A stretch of DNA of 64,000 nucleotides from Xylographa opegraphella (lineage: Eukaryota). Made by a program: the position numbers and the translations under genes. This document shows, one piece after another, positions 50,670-63,433 of the stretch. Positions within the stretch are counted from its first letter, which is position 1; each line of letters begins with the position of its first letter. The stretch is from positions 372,001 to 436,000 of the forward strand of contig JALDZX010000006.1 in assembly GCA_022813865.1 (NCBI GenBank), in the 5' to 3' direction. Under the pieces are notes generated by a model that saw only the letters and a list, made by a program, of their open reading frames with translations, ran no database searches and had not been told where the DNA came from.

Positions 50670-50988
50670 AGGGGGGAATGGTGGTGGAAGTATTGGGCAG
50701 GAAACGTGGCTGGTAGGTGCTACACTAGGAATTCTGAGGTAGCTCAACTTTCAGATACAATCGAGATCTTTCGCACGAAAAGCCAGATGCTGCACGAATG
50801 TTTTGAAGCACATGATGGACGTTATATGGTTGGACGCGAGTATAACCACGCGACTCTATGCTATCTACAGATTGACGCCAGTCGCTAATATGCTGCAAAC
50901 CCCCTACACTGAACATTCGGAAATAGCATCCCACATCCATTGAGTCATATGTCTTGACATCTTGGGCCGTCAAAGCTGTCAAGACCAC

Positions 50989-52650
50989 CTACTTCTTCCC
51001 TCCTAAATGCTTCAGCCACTTTGGCGCACCACCAGAGCTCTTCGTCCTCCCGCCCTCTTTCTCTTTGCCTTTTGTAGTGCCAGCGTCTACCTTCTCCTCT
51101 TCAACATCCTCATCCCTGATCACAGGAGGTACGAGTTCCTTCGCCTGAGCAGCAATTTCCGGCTTCATTGAGGCTGCCAGCCGTGCCTGGCTACTAGCAG
51201 CCTCGTCCCAATTCAACGTCACCAGGATCCGGCCAGTCATGCCGAGCTGAGCTATGAGCCGCTGTATGCCATTCTTGGGCACGGGTAGCGGCCCTTTGCC
51301 GGAACTGAAGATGAGGGTGAAAGGCTCGTTCTCGTGTAGCATCACGCTCTTGACAAAGGCATACAGGTCTGCGGCTGCAGACTCGCTCGAGAATACCCGC
51401 GAGACCTGCATCTGGTCGGGAAACCGCACCCGGATCGTGACCTCTCTGATGCCCGCTAGTTTCCGTGCCTGTTCTTCCTTCTGGGCGGCTTCTTCTGCGT
51501 GTGTGGGAAGTCGCTTGTTTTGTCCCGTTGTGGCGAGACGGGACTGGTGGAGCTTGGCATGCGCGATTGTGGGTTCGTAATCGGACTCGCGATGAACTTT
51601 CTGTGCTGCTTGAGGTACTGTTGAGCTCGGAGGAGCATAGACTGATATGGTGCTTTGACCTGGAATTGACTTCAGCGACGCGATCGAAGATGTGGCTAGA
51701 GCAGAAGAGTTCTCCGTAGGCTCCATAGGTGGCAATTCGCCATTGGCCGCCAAGGTTGATTCAGTATAGTCGATGATCGGTGGCTTGACGTTTTCCCCAG
51801 GCTTTAGTGGTTCTGAGGCGGTTTCGTTCTCGATTTCATGAGGCGCGGATACTGTAGATTCTGGAGTAACAGAAGGTGCTATGGTGTCCACAGTGGCCCG
51901 ATTCTCTACGGTCTGCGACCTTTCCAATTCCTCGCCTTGAAAATACTGCCCGATCTGTTCCATTGCTTCTTCAAGAGGTGTTGTCATCAACCGGAATCCG
52001 AGCCGTATCAGTGCAGTCCCACCATTGAAACCAAGCTGCGCAAGGGTTTTCTGTAAATCCGTAAAAGACGACAGCTCCCTCCCCGCGACATTCAGTACAG
52101 GTTGTTCATAGTAGAGGCGCCCAGCACCGCTATCTCCGTTCCAAGGCTTCGGTACTCCTCGAGCGGTGAAGTTTCTCTGTAGCCCATCGCCACCAACCTT
52201 GCCCGACTCAAACTTCCGAAGTAAAAGCCAAAGCGTTGTGTTAGAAGGGAACTTGTCTGTAAGGCGGTTATTGGGGGCGCCTCGCGCTTCTGATTCCGGT
52301 ACTTGTAGTGCTACTGAAACAACTGATGGTGAGCGAGAGATCTGGACAAGTTCAACTTTGGCACCGGACGAGAGGCCGGCAAGTCGGACGGTGCGTGAGA
52401 GATCCAGTGGCTTGTTGTTATTCCTAGAGAGTCTCGTCAGCAAGCCGGATACTCTGAAGGCGCGATCCAAAATGCCTCGTCCTAGAATGTCTCAAAAAGG
52501 GCCGTATACCTACTTCAGCCCATGAAGACTTGCATCCAGCCCGAGCTTGGCACAGGCCTCTTCCAGAACATCACTCAAGAACTTGCCAGGTGTGGTCTTG
52601 ATCACAGCTCTATGGGCTGTCGAGCTGATCACCACTAGATTCGAAGCCAT
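50989..52650 (-). CDS. UBX4: TUG/ASPSCR1-like UBX-domain protein (Ubx4-like), 1 intron
   Basis: N-terminal ubiquitin-like MASNLVVI...TTPGKFLSDVLEEAC...LDLSRTVRLAGLSSGAKVEL, UBX IRVRFPDQ and C-terminal PKWLKHLGGKK. Confidence 0.85.
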
Positions 52651-53070
52651 ATTGAGAGCTTACGGAAGAATACTGAGGGCAGTCGAGTCTATGGCACCGG
52701 TCTTCAAAAGTGAGGGCTTACTGAAGCCGCACAACCGCGTGGAAGCCAGTAGAAGAAATGGTGTACAGCACGCCTGCCTCAAAATGGAGTAACACGTAGC
52801 AGATAGGTCGGTTTGGATTAAGTATCAGGAAAACGTAGTGTGTTAAATTGAAATCAAAGTAAATAATTCAAAGCGCACATGTTTGACATGACGCCGTTGA
52901 GGCTCCAGCAATTCGCAATCCAGATCCCTGCACGAAGCTTGGAGCTTCTCACGCGTACATCTTGACAACCTTGAACGTCGTCGATTGAGCTTACGCACAG
53001 TACAACCAAAGCTTCGGTTCAGACAGACAACCTCATGAGATACACTCCTTGATCTCTCAACATCAAAGCC

Positions 53071-53878
53071 ATGGTCAGTAGTTCCTTACATCGCAGTCAA
53101 CGGCCTAAAGCTAACGAAATTTCCAGTCCTCTCCCTTTGCCATCAGTAAGGGCATCTCTCAGCACCCCGTTGCTCTTCACATACAAGCATTTCTCATTAC
53201 TAATATCTCTCACACCAGATGGCGGTGCCTGCGTCGCCATGGTCGGCAAAGACTGCGTCGCGATAGCCTGCGATCTCCGCCTCGGCCTGCAATCCCTTAC
53301 CGTCTCGAACAACTTCCCGAAGATCTTCTCGTATGGCGACGTCTACCTCGGTCTCACAGGTCTCGCTACCGACGTCTCCACCGTCTCCGATCTCTTCCGC
53401 TACAAAGTCAACATGTACCGCTTGCGCGAAGAGCGCAACATCTCCCCGCAAACGATGGCGAACCTAGTCTCCAGTAGTTTGTATGAGAAGCGGTTTGGAG
53501 CATACTTCGTCAGCCCGGTGATCGCGGGGATCAACCGAACGACGGGGAAGCCATTCATATGTGGGTTCGATAGTATTGGGTGCATTGATTTTGCGAAGGA
53601 TTTCATCACGAGCGGAACGGCAAGTGATCAGCTTTTTGGTACTTGTGAAGGACTGTGGGAGCCTGATCTGGTACGTTTCCTCGGACAGTTTTATACAATT
53701 GCTGGTGGCAGACGCCTAACATTTGCGTTTCCAGGAACCGGAAGATCTTTTCGAGACAATATCACAAGCCCTTCTGAATGCCGTAGATCGAGATGCTTTG
53801 TCAGGATGGGGTGCTCATGTGTACATTATTGAGAAGGACAAGGTTACGAAGAGATTACTCAAGGGAAGGCAAGATTAA
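53071..53878 (+). CDS. PUP3: 20S proteasome subunit beta-3, 3 introns (first coding exon is the ATG only)
   Basis: [30 protein letters not shown]...GLATDV...[13 protein letters not shown]...LKGRQD. Confidence 0.97.
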
Positions 53879-54109
53879 AGTAGCACATAGCTGTGGAGTT
53901 TTGGCGAACAAATCTGCATTATGTCGCGAGTCATTGCACATAACCATAAATTGAAGCCATGGAGGTGCATGCATGAAATATGTCATTTGAGTCTATGGCT
54001 ACACATGCCTGCGGTACAACAATTTCTTGTTGCGGTTCTCCATATCCGTTCTAATATTCGGTCTAGGCTCTAATGCAGATCTTGTCTATAGAGGGTATCA
54101 CAGTAGCAT

Positions 54110-57100
54110 TTACTCCTTCTTCTCTCGTACCTCGAGCGGCTTGGGAAGATATAGCTTCCTCTCGAAGTACTTCAGCACCTCGTCGATAAGTCTAAAATGT
54201 TGTTAGCTACCAGAACACCAGTTAGTTGTGAGACGCAGAACGCACATGACTGGTACGCTTATAAGTAGTACCGCTTTCCACTCATTCCAATTCAGAGCTA
54301 CGATAGAGAAGAGACCCTGTAAGAATGGCGTATAAAGTAGTGCAAAGTGCAAAGCCATTGATAGGCTAATGGCGTAGACGAGGATCATGTTGTCCCACAG
54401 TGGCAACGTTATCAAGGATTCGCTGGATGATAAAGCGTTCATAGCATTCAACATCTCAATCACCACAAGACTAGACAAGCCATCAGTATAGTCTTACTTC
54501 GGAGGTACTCACGGAATAATTACATTGATAGAGATACGGTCGAGGCTGCCTTTGCGCTGTCGTTGGAAAACATCTGACATCCGATTTCGGGGAATTGAGA
54601 GGAGCATCGATGGAAGTGTGACTATATTCGTTGTCAGTGACACTTTCGGATTTGTTCGTCCATAGAATTACCAGTTGCCAGAACGATATCTGTGGGCCCT
54701 CTGGGTTGAACATGAACCACCAAGCATATCCAAACACAGTAGCGGCACCAACATACACGCCAATGACCATGTATCTAAAGAACAGCCATCCTCCAACTAA
54801 TGGCTCATCACGCTTCCTTGGGGGGCGCCTCATTACGTCGTGATCTGGAGGATTGAATGAAAGAGCAGTGGCTGGTAAACCATCTGTGACGAGATTGACC
54901 CATAATAGCTGTACAGGAATAAGTGCTTCGGGCATGCCAACTGCCGCAGTGAGAAAGATTGAGACAACTTCTCCAATGTTAGAGGAGATCAAGTAACGAA
55001 TGAACTGCTGTGTATTGTTGTAAATTGAGCGGCCTTCTTCCACCGCTACTTCGATAGTGGCGAAATTGTCATCAGCAAGGACCATATCAGCGGCTAACTT
55101 GGCAACATCCGTTCCTGAGCCCATTGCAACGCCAATATCGGCCTTTTTAAGAGCCGGGGCGTCATTAACGCCGTCACCTGTCATAGCCACGACCTCCCCA
55201 GCTGATTGGAGTAAGTCAACGAGCATGGATTTGTGACTCGGTTCGGTACGAGAGAACAAACAAGCGGTCTTCACAGCCTCTGCTTTCTCGCCATCGCTAA
55301 GGGCGTCGAATTGTCTACCAGTGTAGCTCTTGCCACGTAGGTCCTCGTGTCCACTAAAGATGCCGATTTGGCGACAGATACTCTCGGCGGTATTTTGGTT
55401 ATCGCCGGTGATGACAACGATACGTATACCGGCTTCCTTGCATCTGCGGATTGACTCAGCCACTTCTGGTCGTGGAGGGTCTAACATCCCAACTAGTCCG
55501 ATTAAGGTGAGGCTCTGTTCAAGTCGAGTGTACTCAGCGGTAGTCTTTGCGGTGTTGAAAAGAGGGTTCTCTGGAACATTGTCTAGGCAAGCAATGGCGA
55601 TAACTCGAAGACCACGATTACCAAAATCCACTACCTCCTTGGTAACAAGCCTCTTTAGCTCAGCATTGAGGCCGACCTTCTTGCCATTTGAACCCAGTAG
55701 AGTATGGGTACAGCGCTCGATAATAGATTCAGGGGCGCCTTTGACTAGTAGACGCTGCTTTGTGCCTTGCTGAACCAGGACTGACATACTCTTCCGATCC
55801 CGTGAGAACTCATACGTCGCAAGAAGAGAACACTGATCTTCGTAGTATTTGCTTGCCTGGTGTAACTTGTCCTGAACTGGTAAGGCAAGTCGCTGTTGGT
55901 TGATCGCAGAATCCGGAGTACCAATCTTCTCCACAAGCACACGAAGAGCTCCTTCGGTGGGTTCGCCAATGTTGCTGTAGGTCCCATTCTTGGCATCAAA
56001 TTCCAGCTTGGCTTCGTTGCACAAGGCTGCTACTTCAGCAAGCTTGAGAACGGTATTTGAAGATGCTGCGATATCTTGTACATGCTTTCCGTTTGACGAC
56101 AAAACACCTTCTGGCGCAAAGGTGGTACCGTTAACATCCAGTTCTTCCAATCCCGTCCCAGCTTCGTTCAGGAAAACAACCTTGTTAACGCTCATCTGGT
56201 TGGTCGTCAGGGTTCCGGTCTTGTCGGAGCAGATAACGCTACAGCTGCCCAGAGTCTCCACAGATGGCAGGCTGCGAACGACAGCATTTTTGGCCGCCAT
56301 CTTACGTGTTCCAAGGGCAAGACAGGTTGTAATGACTACCGCCAAGCCTTCGGGAATCGCTGCGACTCCCAAGGAGACTGCGATCTTAAGATAGTAGATC
56401 GCGCCCTTGGCCCAACTTCCGTGAGAGGGATCGTTGAAATGCTGGATGTTAATGAGCCAGACCAGCACACAAATGACTGTGATGACCTTTGCAAGCATGT
56501 CGCCAAAGTCATTGAGTTTCTCCTTCAATGGTGTAGGCTCAGATATCTGGGATGTAATGCTCTCATGAATATCACCAATGGCAGTGGAGGGTCCTGTAAG
56601 TACAACGATAGCGGTGGCATGACCAGTAACAACGGTAGTTCCGGAGAACAACATATTGATCTGATCTTGCTTGACCGCTTGAGAATCCGCTATGGGCTTG
56701 GTATCCTTTCCTACACTTTCACTTTCGCCCGTCAAAATTGCTTGATCTACTGAGAAGCTGTTGCTCTGAACACTCAACAGGCGGCAATCAGCCGGTATCC
56801 TGTCCCCGACCGCAACTTGTATGATATCCCCTGGAACCAGCTCCTCTGCCGAACTGCGACGTAGAGTTCCGTTGCGCAAGCATTTCGCTTCGTTCGCCGA
56901 GTATTCCTGCAGTGCTGCAATGGCCTTCTCGGCACTACTTTCTTGCGATACACCAACAATAGCGTTTAATATAAGGATGGTGAGTATCTTTGCAGGGAAA
57001 GATCAGCGATTATCCATTTCAAGAGATGAGGACCACACCTACCACCAAAGGGTCTACAAACGCAGTCCAGCCTTCCCCATCTTCGAATAGGGCGAGGACG

Positions 57101-57382
57101 AAAGAGATAGCTGCTGATCCTAACAGAATAATCACCAGCTGGTCCTTGAATTGCTCGAGTACAAGTTTCCAGAGTGGTGTGGGTGGATCCTCGGGAAGCG
57201 CTATCATACAGATACCTAATCAGCAAGATTTTCTACTTTTCCTAACTTGATGGGATTGAAATACCGTTTCGACCATACTTGATTTTCGATACATTAACCT
57301 GTGCATCTGACAGTCCAGTTTCCTCCTTGACATCGAAGTGTTTCAGGACCTCCTGGGTCGTAGCAAGGTATGCGGCCTCCAT
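54110..57382 (-). CDS. SERCA-type P2A Ca2+-ATPase (NCA-1-like), multi-exon
   Basis: [21 protein letters not shown] phosphorylation site, [33 protein letters not shown] and [10 protein letters not shown]. Confidence 0.96.
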
Positions 57383-58689
57383 AGTGAAGAGTAGACAATG
57401 AGAACGTTGACGGATGAAGGGAGTGGAGAGGGAGAACAATTTAATCTCCCATTGTGGAGTTAATTTTCTGGTGGAGAAGCAAAAGGAAAGCCTAGCCTTC
57501 TGTCGATTGCAGCGATCAATAGCCGCTTGTTCATTCGACAACGTGGCCTTTAATTAATTATTTCTCCAAAATTCCACGCTTGTGAGAATCTTCTTTCGGT
57601 CATTGTGCATAAACTCTAGGGGGTTTAGCTGCCGCTCCGGGGGAAAGAACCGCCGTACGAGCGGCTTCACCTCCGGAGCCTCAGCCTCGCTTATCGCCAT
57701 GGAAGCAGCCAGAAGTTTTGTAAATACAGAGTACGATGTACAAGTATTCTCTGTGTATGGATTGAGACCCCAAACAGTGGTGACTTGCCGTATTGTTATC
57801 GCGATTTCGAGTGTGGTTCAAGATAGGCTCAAGGACTACCTACATAGCAGTTTAGCAATTTCAAACAATGTCACACTTCTATCAAATGAGTATGTTCTGG
57901 CAGATGGTCTCCTGAACGATGGGAGTAAGCAACCAGATAGATCCTAGTAGAAGGATGCACATGCTACCGCTGATACCACTCTGTTTTATAGGGATGGTGT
58001 AGCCTACGAACCAAGGAGTTCTTCTTACAGTTCTCAATAGACTACGTGCGGTCGGCGCAACTGTGGTATGAAGTGGGGATGTACAGAACGACGGCCACAG
58101 CTCCGTTAGGACCTATAAAGCAGACCTGTTCACGCGGATTCGTCCTGTAATAATTACACGAAGTATCTAGACGAAAATTATTCTTATTAACTATAGTGAT
58201 CAACATCTATCTATCATAAAAGGCTGTAGTTCCAAGTGCACGCGCGTACGTATATCCGCTATATATCCCTAGGATATCCATACCTCCAAGTCTATGTACC
58301 CAGAATTGTGTAAGGTGTGATGAAGAAGTCTGCTAGCATGAATGCTCATACCTACGGCAATCACGCGCCATGATGTTCTGCGCTGAGTGTTATAGGAACG
58401 CGGACGAACGGCGTGATAGGTCAAGCCGGTGCCCTACTCTGACTCGTTGTCACTCATTCACGCTCGGTGTTTGAGGGGTGTTTTGGTGGGCAGGGCAGAG
58501 CGCAAATAAGTCTAGCTCCGCCTTGTTGCTGTAATTTCGACTAGTGTCTCTAGACCACTCGCAATCGAATTCGACCACAGCGGACAACTCTCCATCCACG
58601 TCAACCACAGATCGCCCGCAAAATCCAAACTTCATCTCCAAACCCTTATCCATCCTATCCCGCTCGCATAAATCCTTCTACCCATCAAG

Positions 58690-59985
58690 ATGACGAGTGA
58701 GGTGAGTCTTTTCCCACGTTCACCACATGCAAAGCGGGCTTGTTTATTGCTCGCCTGACCTGGGATTGGCACGCCAACACTCGTGTTTTGATCACTGCTA
58801 ATATACTGTCATCATGTTACAGCGCGAGAGGTATGCTTGAATTCTTGTACGTTGCAGAAGGCGGATACTGAACTCCATGGTAGTAAGACCTTCCTGGCAA
58901 GGCTCTGTGAGCAAGCTGAGCGTTATGACGGTAAGGCTTTTGGAAGGACCCCCGCCCTAGAGCAGCTTGCTGACATTCCGCCGACAGAAATGGTTACGTA
59001 CATGAAGGTTGTCTTCTTGGCTGGTTAACTGTTGATATAGCTGACACTGGACGAAGGAAGTCGCAAAGGTATATTGATAACACAATCTTGAAATTCAAGC
59101 ACTACTCTAAGCGGACGTCTCACATCTCGTAGATCGGTGGTGAACTTACGGTTGACGAACGAAACCTACTTTCTGTCGCGTACAAGAACGTGGTTGGGAC
59201 TAGACGTGCTTCTTGGCGCATCATCTCATCAATTGAGCAGAAAGAGGAATCAAAGGGCACCGATAAGCACGTTGGCACCATCCGCGACTACCGCCAGAAG
59301 ATCGAGACGGAGCTAGAACGTGTATGCCAGGATGTTTTGGATGTGCTAGATGAGTCGCTCATCCCCAAGGCTGAGTCCGGCGAGTCCAAGGTGTTTTATC
59401 ACAAGATGTACGTCACGTAATATGTGATTGTCCGCTTACCACTACCACGATTACTGACTGCGTTGCTCAACAGGAAGGGTGATTATCATCGTTATCTTGC
59501 TGAGTTCGCGTCCGGAGAGAAGCGCAAGGTCGCGGCCACTGCTGCCCATGAGGCTTACAAGGTCAGCTGTCAATTTCACATATTCCTGAACAGGCCTCAT
59601 CTAATCCTGAAAACAGAACGCTACCGATGTTGCCCAGACCGAGCTTACCCCAACTCACCCCATCCGTCTAGGTCTAGCTCTTAACTTCTCGGTGTTCTAC
59701 TATGAGATCTTGAACTCGCCCGATCGTGCCTGCCACCTTGCGAAGCAGGCCTTTGACGACGCGATTGCCGAGCTTGACTCGTTGTCTGAAGAATCTTACC
59801 GTGATAGTACATTGATTATGCAGCTTCTACGCGATAATCTGACCCTTTGGACCTCTTCGGACGGTGGTGAAGCTGAGACGGCTCCGGAACCTAAGGAAAC
59901 CGAGAAACCTGCTGCTACTGAGCCAAAATCGGATGCCCCAGCTGCTGAGGCTCCTGCAGAAGCGCCCGCCACTACGGAGTCCTAG
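58690..59985 (+). CDS. 14-3-3 protein, 6 introns with several micro-exons
   Basis: [68 protein letters not shown]. Confidence 0.97.
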
Positions 59986-61078
59986 AGCTTGGTTGGTCGC
60001 CACATTCGCATGCCAAAGAATTGTCGTTGAACACCGAATGACAGAGCTTGAATGTGGTTGCGGAGCATATGACATGGAGGACGACGGATATCGGAGGTTA
60101 TGAAGCTCATTAGCGGTATCTAAGCAGTGAAAATCCAGCACACAAACACGATCGTCATGTTCTCTTTGCTTGCTCCAAGATGTTATTTGTTTCCTTTCAG
60201 TCCTCTGGTTTCAGCAGTGTTTGTTAGCATGGTAGAACTTGGTGGTGTAAGGCCAGCTTAATCGGCTGACTCTGCGAAAGCTTTCCTATGTGGAGCGTTG
60301 TTCGGCTTTAGCTTTGCCTAAGACACGTCCTCTCGCGAGGATAGACTTCTTAGTGCAGATCAACATCGGTCTCTACTCTTATCACTCATTGCATAATGCT
60401 GAAAGGTGCCTGTCTCGGTGGACATCTGTTTCCATTCAGCCTCTACGCTACCCCTGTGTAACAGAATCCTTCATGAGACCCGCAGCAATTGTATGCCATT
60501 CTGATATGCATTTCCTACATCATACCCAGACCATACGAGTACTAAATCCCGGCCTACAGATCCTCCAAGTAAGTCTTCGTTCTTGAGCCATGCTCAATCT
60601 CCTGTTTGGCCACCGAGTCGCGGTTATAATGATGCAGTTACCTTACAGCTCCCAATGTTTAACGACGTGCATACTCCCCATGTCTCAATTCTGATACTAC
60701 TCTGGCTTTCCCCAATCCAGCTCAACCCACCTCAGCCGAACGGTACAACACACCACATGGAACCTCGGCCCTCCAAAGAGGCCTCGCTCGCTTGCAAAAT
60801 AGGCGAGAGTGTAGATCATATATGCCTGCTTGTGAAGTGCTATAGCACCCTCGCGTATTTTCTTCATTTTGCAGTGAATTGGGATATCTAATCTTAGTCT
60901 CGGCTGCACCGAACTTACTAGTTTCACATCAACACTTCTGTCTCTCCTCCTGGGGTATATTAATCCTCTTCTTTTCCGTCTTCCTTCTTCCTTCCTACAT
61001 CTTCTTCTTCTTCTTCTTCTTCTCTTCTTCCTGTATTCTTCTGCTCTTTCATCCTGCTTTTCTTCGTTTTGCTCTTCG

Positions 61079-61155
61079 TCTTGCTCTTCTTTCATCTTGC
61101 TCTTCTTTCATCTTGCTCTTCTTTCATCTTGCTCTTCTTTCATCTTGCTCTTCTT
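61079..61155. repeat. 16-bp tandem repeat (TCTTGCTCTTCTTTCA) x ~4.8 inside a ~280-bp polypyrimidine tract (about 60960-61240)
   Basis: Perfect units at 61079, 61095, 61111 and 61127, with a partial unit at 61143. Confidence 0.92.
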
Positions 61156-61859
61156 CGCTTTGCTCTTCTTCGTTTTGCACTTCTTCCTTGCATGCTTTCG
61201 TTCTTGCTGCCTTGCTCTTTTTTTCACTATCCTCTTTCTTGACGCGATCCCTTCTCATCCCTCAACACCCCATCTTCCACCTTCATTGCCTGTCTCATAT
61301 GCTTTGTGGGTGTGGACTTGGGTAAGATCAATACCTTATACATGTGGGCGTCGGAGTGGGCTGTCGGATAATATCTTGGTGATTTTGCCCCTTGGGGATA
61401 GATAGTGGGCTCTCGGGCCACAGACTCTGTTTTGAACCAGGGATCAGCAACTTCACCATGGTCCTCATCTAAAAAACTACCCGTGGGCGGGGTAAGTGGA
61501 TTTTGGTTTTGTCTCATGGCTGCTGGCCATTCCCCGTGCGTTTTGGGGCAAATCGCGTTCCTGATACCTCTACACCGAGCCGTCCGGGGTAAAGTGTAGG
61601 AGGGTAAGTAGCGTGGTTTCCCATTCGAGTACTCACATGGTGTGATGGATGTATATTCGGGGTGGGCTGTCGGAGGTCTAATCAAAGGGGAGCTGACTTG
61701 AGGCGTGGAGCTTGAGAACTAAAGGTGAATCCACTCCTGTTCCTATGGTGAAGCTTCAGCTGACTGCAATATTATCCCTCTCGCTGTTTTCACAATCATT
61801 TAACACATTTACCAAGACATACTGGATGCTCATACCCTAACCTCAGGCCTCAGTCCCCA

Positions 61860-63127
61860 ATGGGTTCATCATCCTCACCACCCTTCAACACTATCGGTCA
61901 GTCATCTCTTAGTCTCCTTTTCCTAACACTAACCCTCATTGTGAATCAAGCCTTTATCTCAGGAGATAGCTCGACCCTCGAAAAGGTAAGGTACATACTA
62001 CCCCTCCTCTCCTAAACCCAGACTAACATCTCTCACGATCTCCACCCCTTATACTCCACCCACGATCTTGGTATCACGGCAACGTGATGAAAAGGATGAC
62101 TGGACAAGCGCATCGGAAGGTGTCTGTATTTCTTAGCTAGTCCGGTAATAAAGACAGTCAAGCAAATAAATACCACTTACCGCTCCCAATAAAGTTCTCT
62201 CATATTTGGACCCCTAAGTATCAAAGTGACTTTCCTTTCTAGCCATATACCCCAGCACCTTCCGCCCCTTCTCAATCATCCTCTCCCGATCATCTCAGCC
62301 CATACCCACTGTCCCCCCTTTCCTCCCCCCGCTCGAGCACACCCCCCACTCCCTCCAGCCAGCCAGCCCTCGTCCTTCCCTCACCCATATATCACCACGC
62401 CCCCCTCCCTTCCCCCAACCACTTCCCACCGCCCCCAGTACAATCCACAAGCCCATCCACACAGTCCGCACCCCCATCACCACCCAACTAAGCACCACAC
62501 CCACCCAACCAAACGTCAACAGCAGAGCCCAGCATGGCCCAACTAAAACACAAGAGCCACCACAACCACAGCTCCACTCTCCGGCCCCATCCACATACTC
62601 CCCCGCCCAGATCCTAGGGCGGAGCAGATGGCACCCACTACCGCAGGCCGGCAGTGTGGTGGAGCGGCAGCCAAAGCCAAGGCTGGGCGGGTATGCGGAG
62701 CGGCGAGAAAGGGGGGATGCGTCGTGCGAGGCCGCCGAAGCGGGGTGGCCGTCGAGGGGGGTGAGATGAGCGAGCTGGGGTGGGGATGGGGGACTGCCAG
62801 CGGGTGGGCGCGAAGGGCAACATGCGGTGCGAAGGCAGGGAAGCCGTGGTGCAGGGATTCGCACGTGCGAAGTGGGTATGGCTATCGGAGTGGTGCGTGC
62901 GGGGCGAGGAGATGGAATTCCGATTTCTCCAGGTGGTAGGATGGGGAATGGACAAGAGGGAGAAAGGCGGAGAGGGGGAGATTTGATCGGGCGTAGGGAT
63001 GGCCTGTGGTATGGGTTGTGCAGTGCGAGGCACACACTGACGGCAGGATTGGTTCGCTGAGATATATGATGGGGCTTCGAGGGCGAGTATGGACGTTAAG
63101 AGGGGCGAGGAGGCTGTTCGGATGTAG
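61860..63127 (+). pseudogene. Possible degenerate multi-exon gene relic of unknown family
   Basis: Intron-like segments 61897-61950 (GTCAGT..CTAAC..AAG), 61986-~62037 (GTAAGG..CTAAC, acceptor appears damaged) and ~62933-63046 (GT..CTGAC..CAG). Protein-like fragments TIAFISGDSSTLEK and AKWVWLSEWC...FRFLQ|DWFAEIYD. No continuous frame. Confidence 0.3.
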
Positions 63128-63433
63128 GACACGGGGGTGATGGGGTTGGTTGATAATAGGGAATGATGGAGGCAGGAGAGCGTGGGAGTGGGACAGCCAA
63201 AAGGGTGTAGAAAGCTTGCGAAAGACGGTGGGGGGTTGAGCGAGCTTATATAGACAATATGGAGACAGCCAGCACATACATCTCTTCAGGCTGAATCGGA
63301 CAAGGACGTATGTCGCTGAACGTGCAGGATTCGTACAAACTTGCACAACAGGAGCAGGATTAAACAAGACTATACATACTGTGATTGTAGGGGGGATATC
63401 GAAATTCAACGCAACGCCTCCGCTAAGTGTCCG

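Noticed and set aside
60697..61405. Charged or hydrophobic ORFs on both strands
   Set aside because: They are products of the polypyrimidine tract and the 16-bp repeat, whose period is not a multiple of 3.
61833..61937. Telomerase RNA template candidates (ACCCTAACC, CTAACCCT)
   Set aside because: Short matches in C-rich DNA, one better explained as an intron branch point. No pseudoknot or other TER element was recognised.
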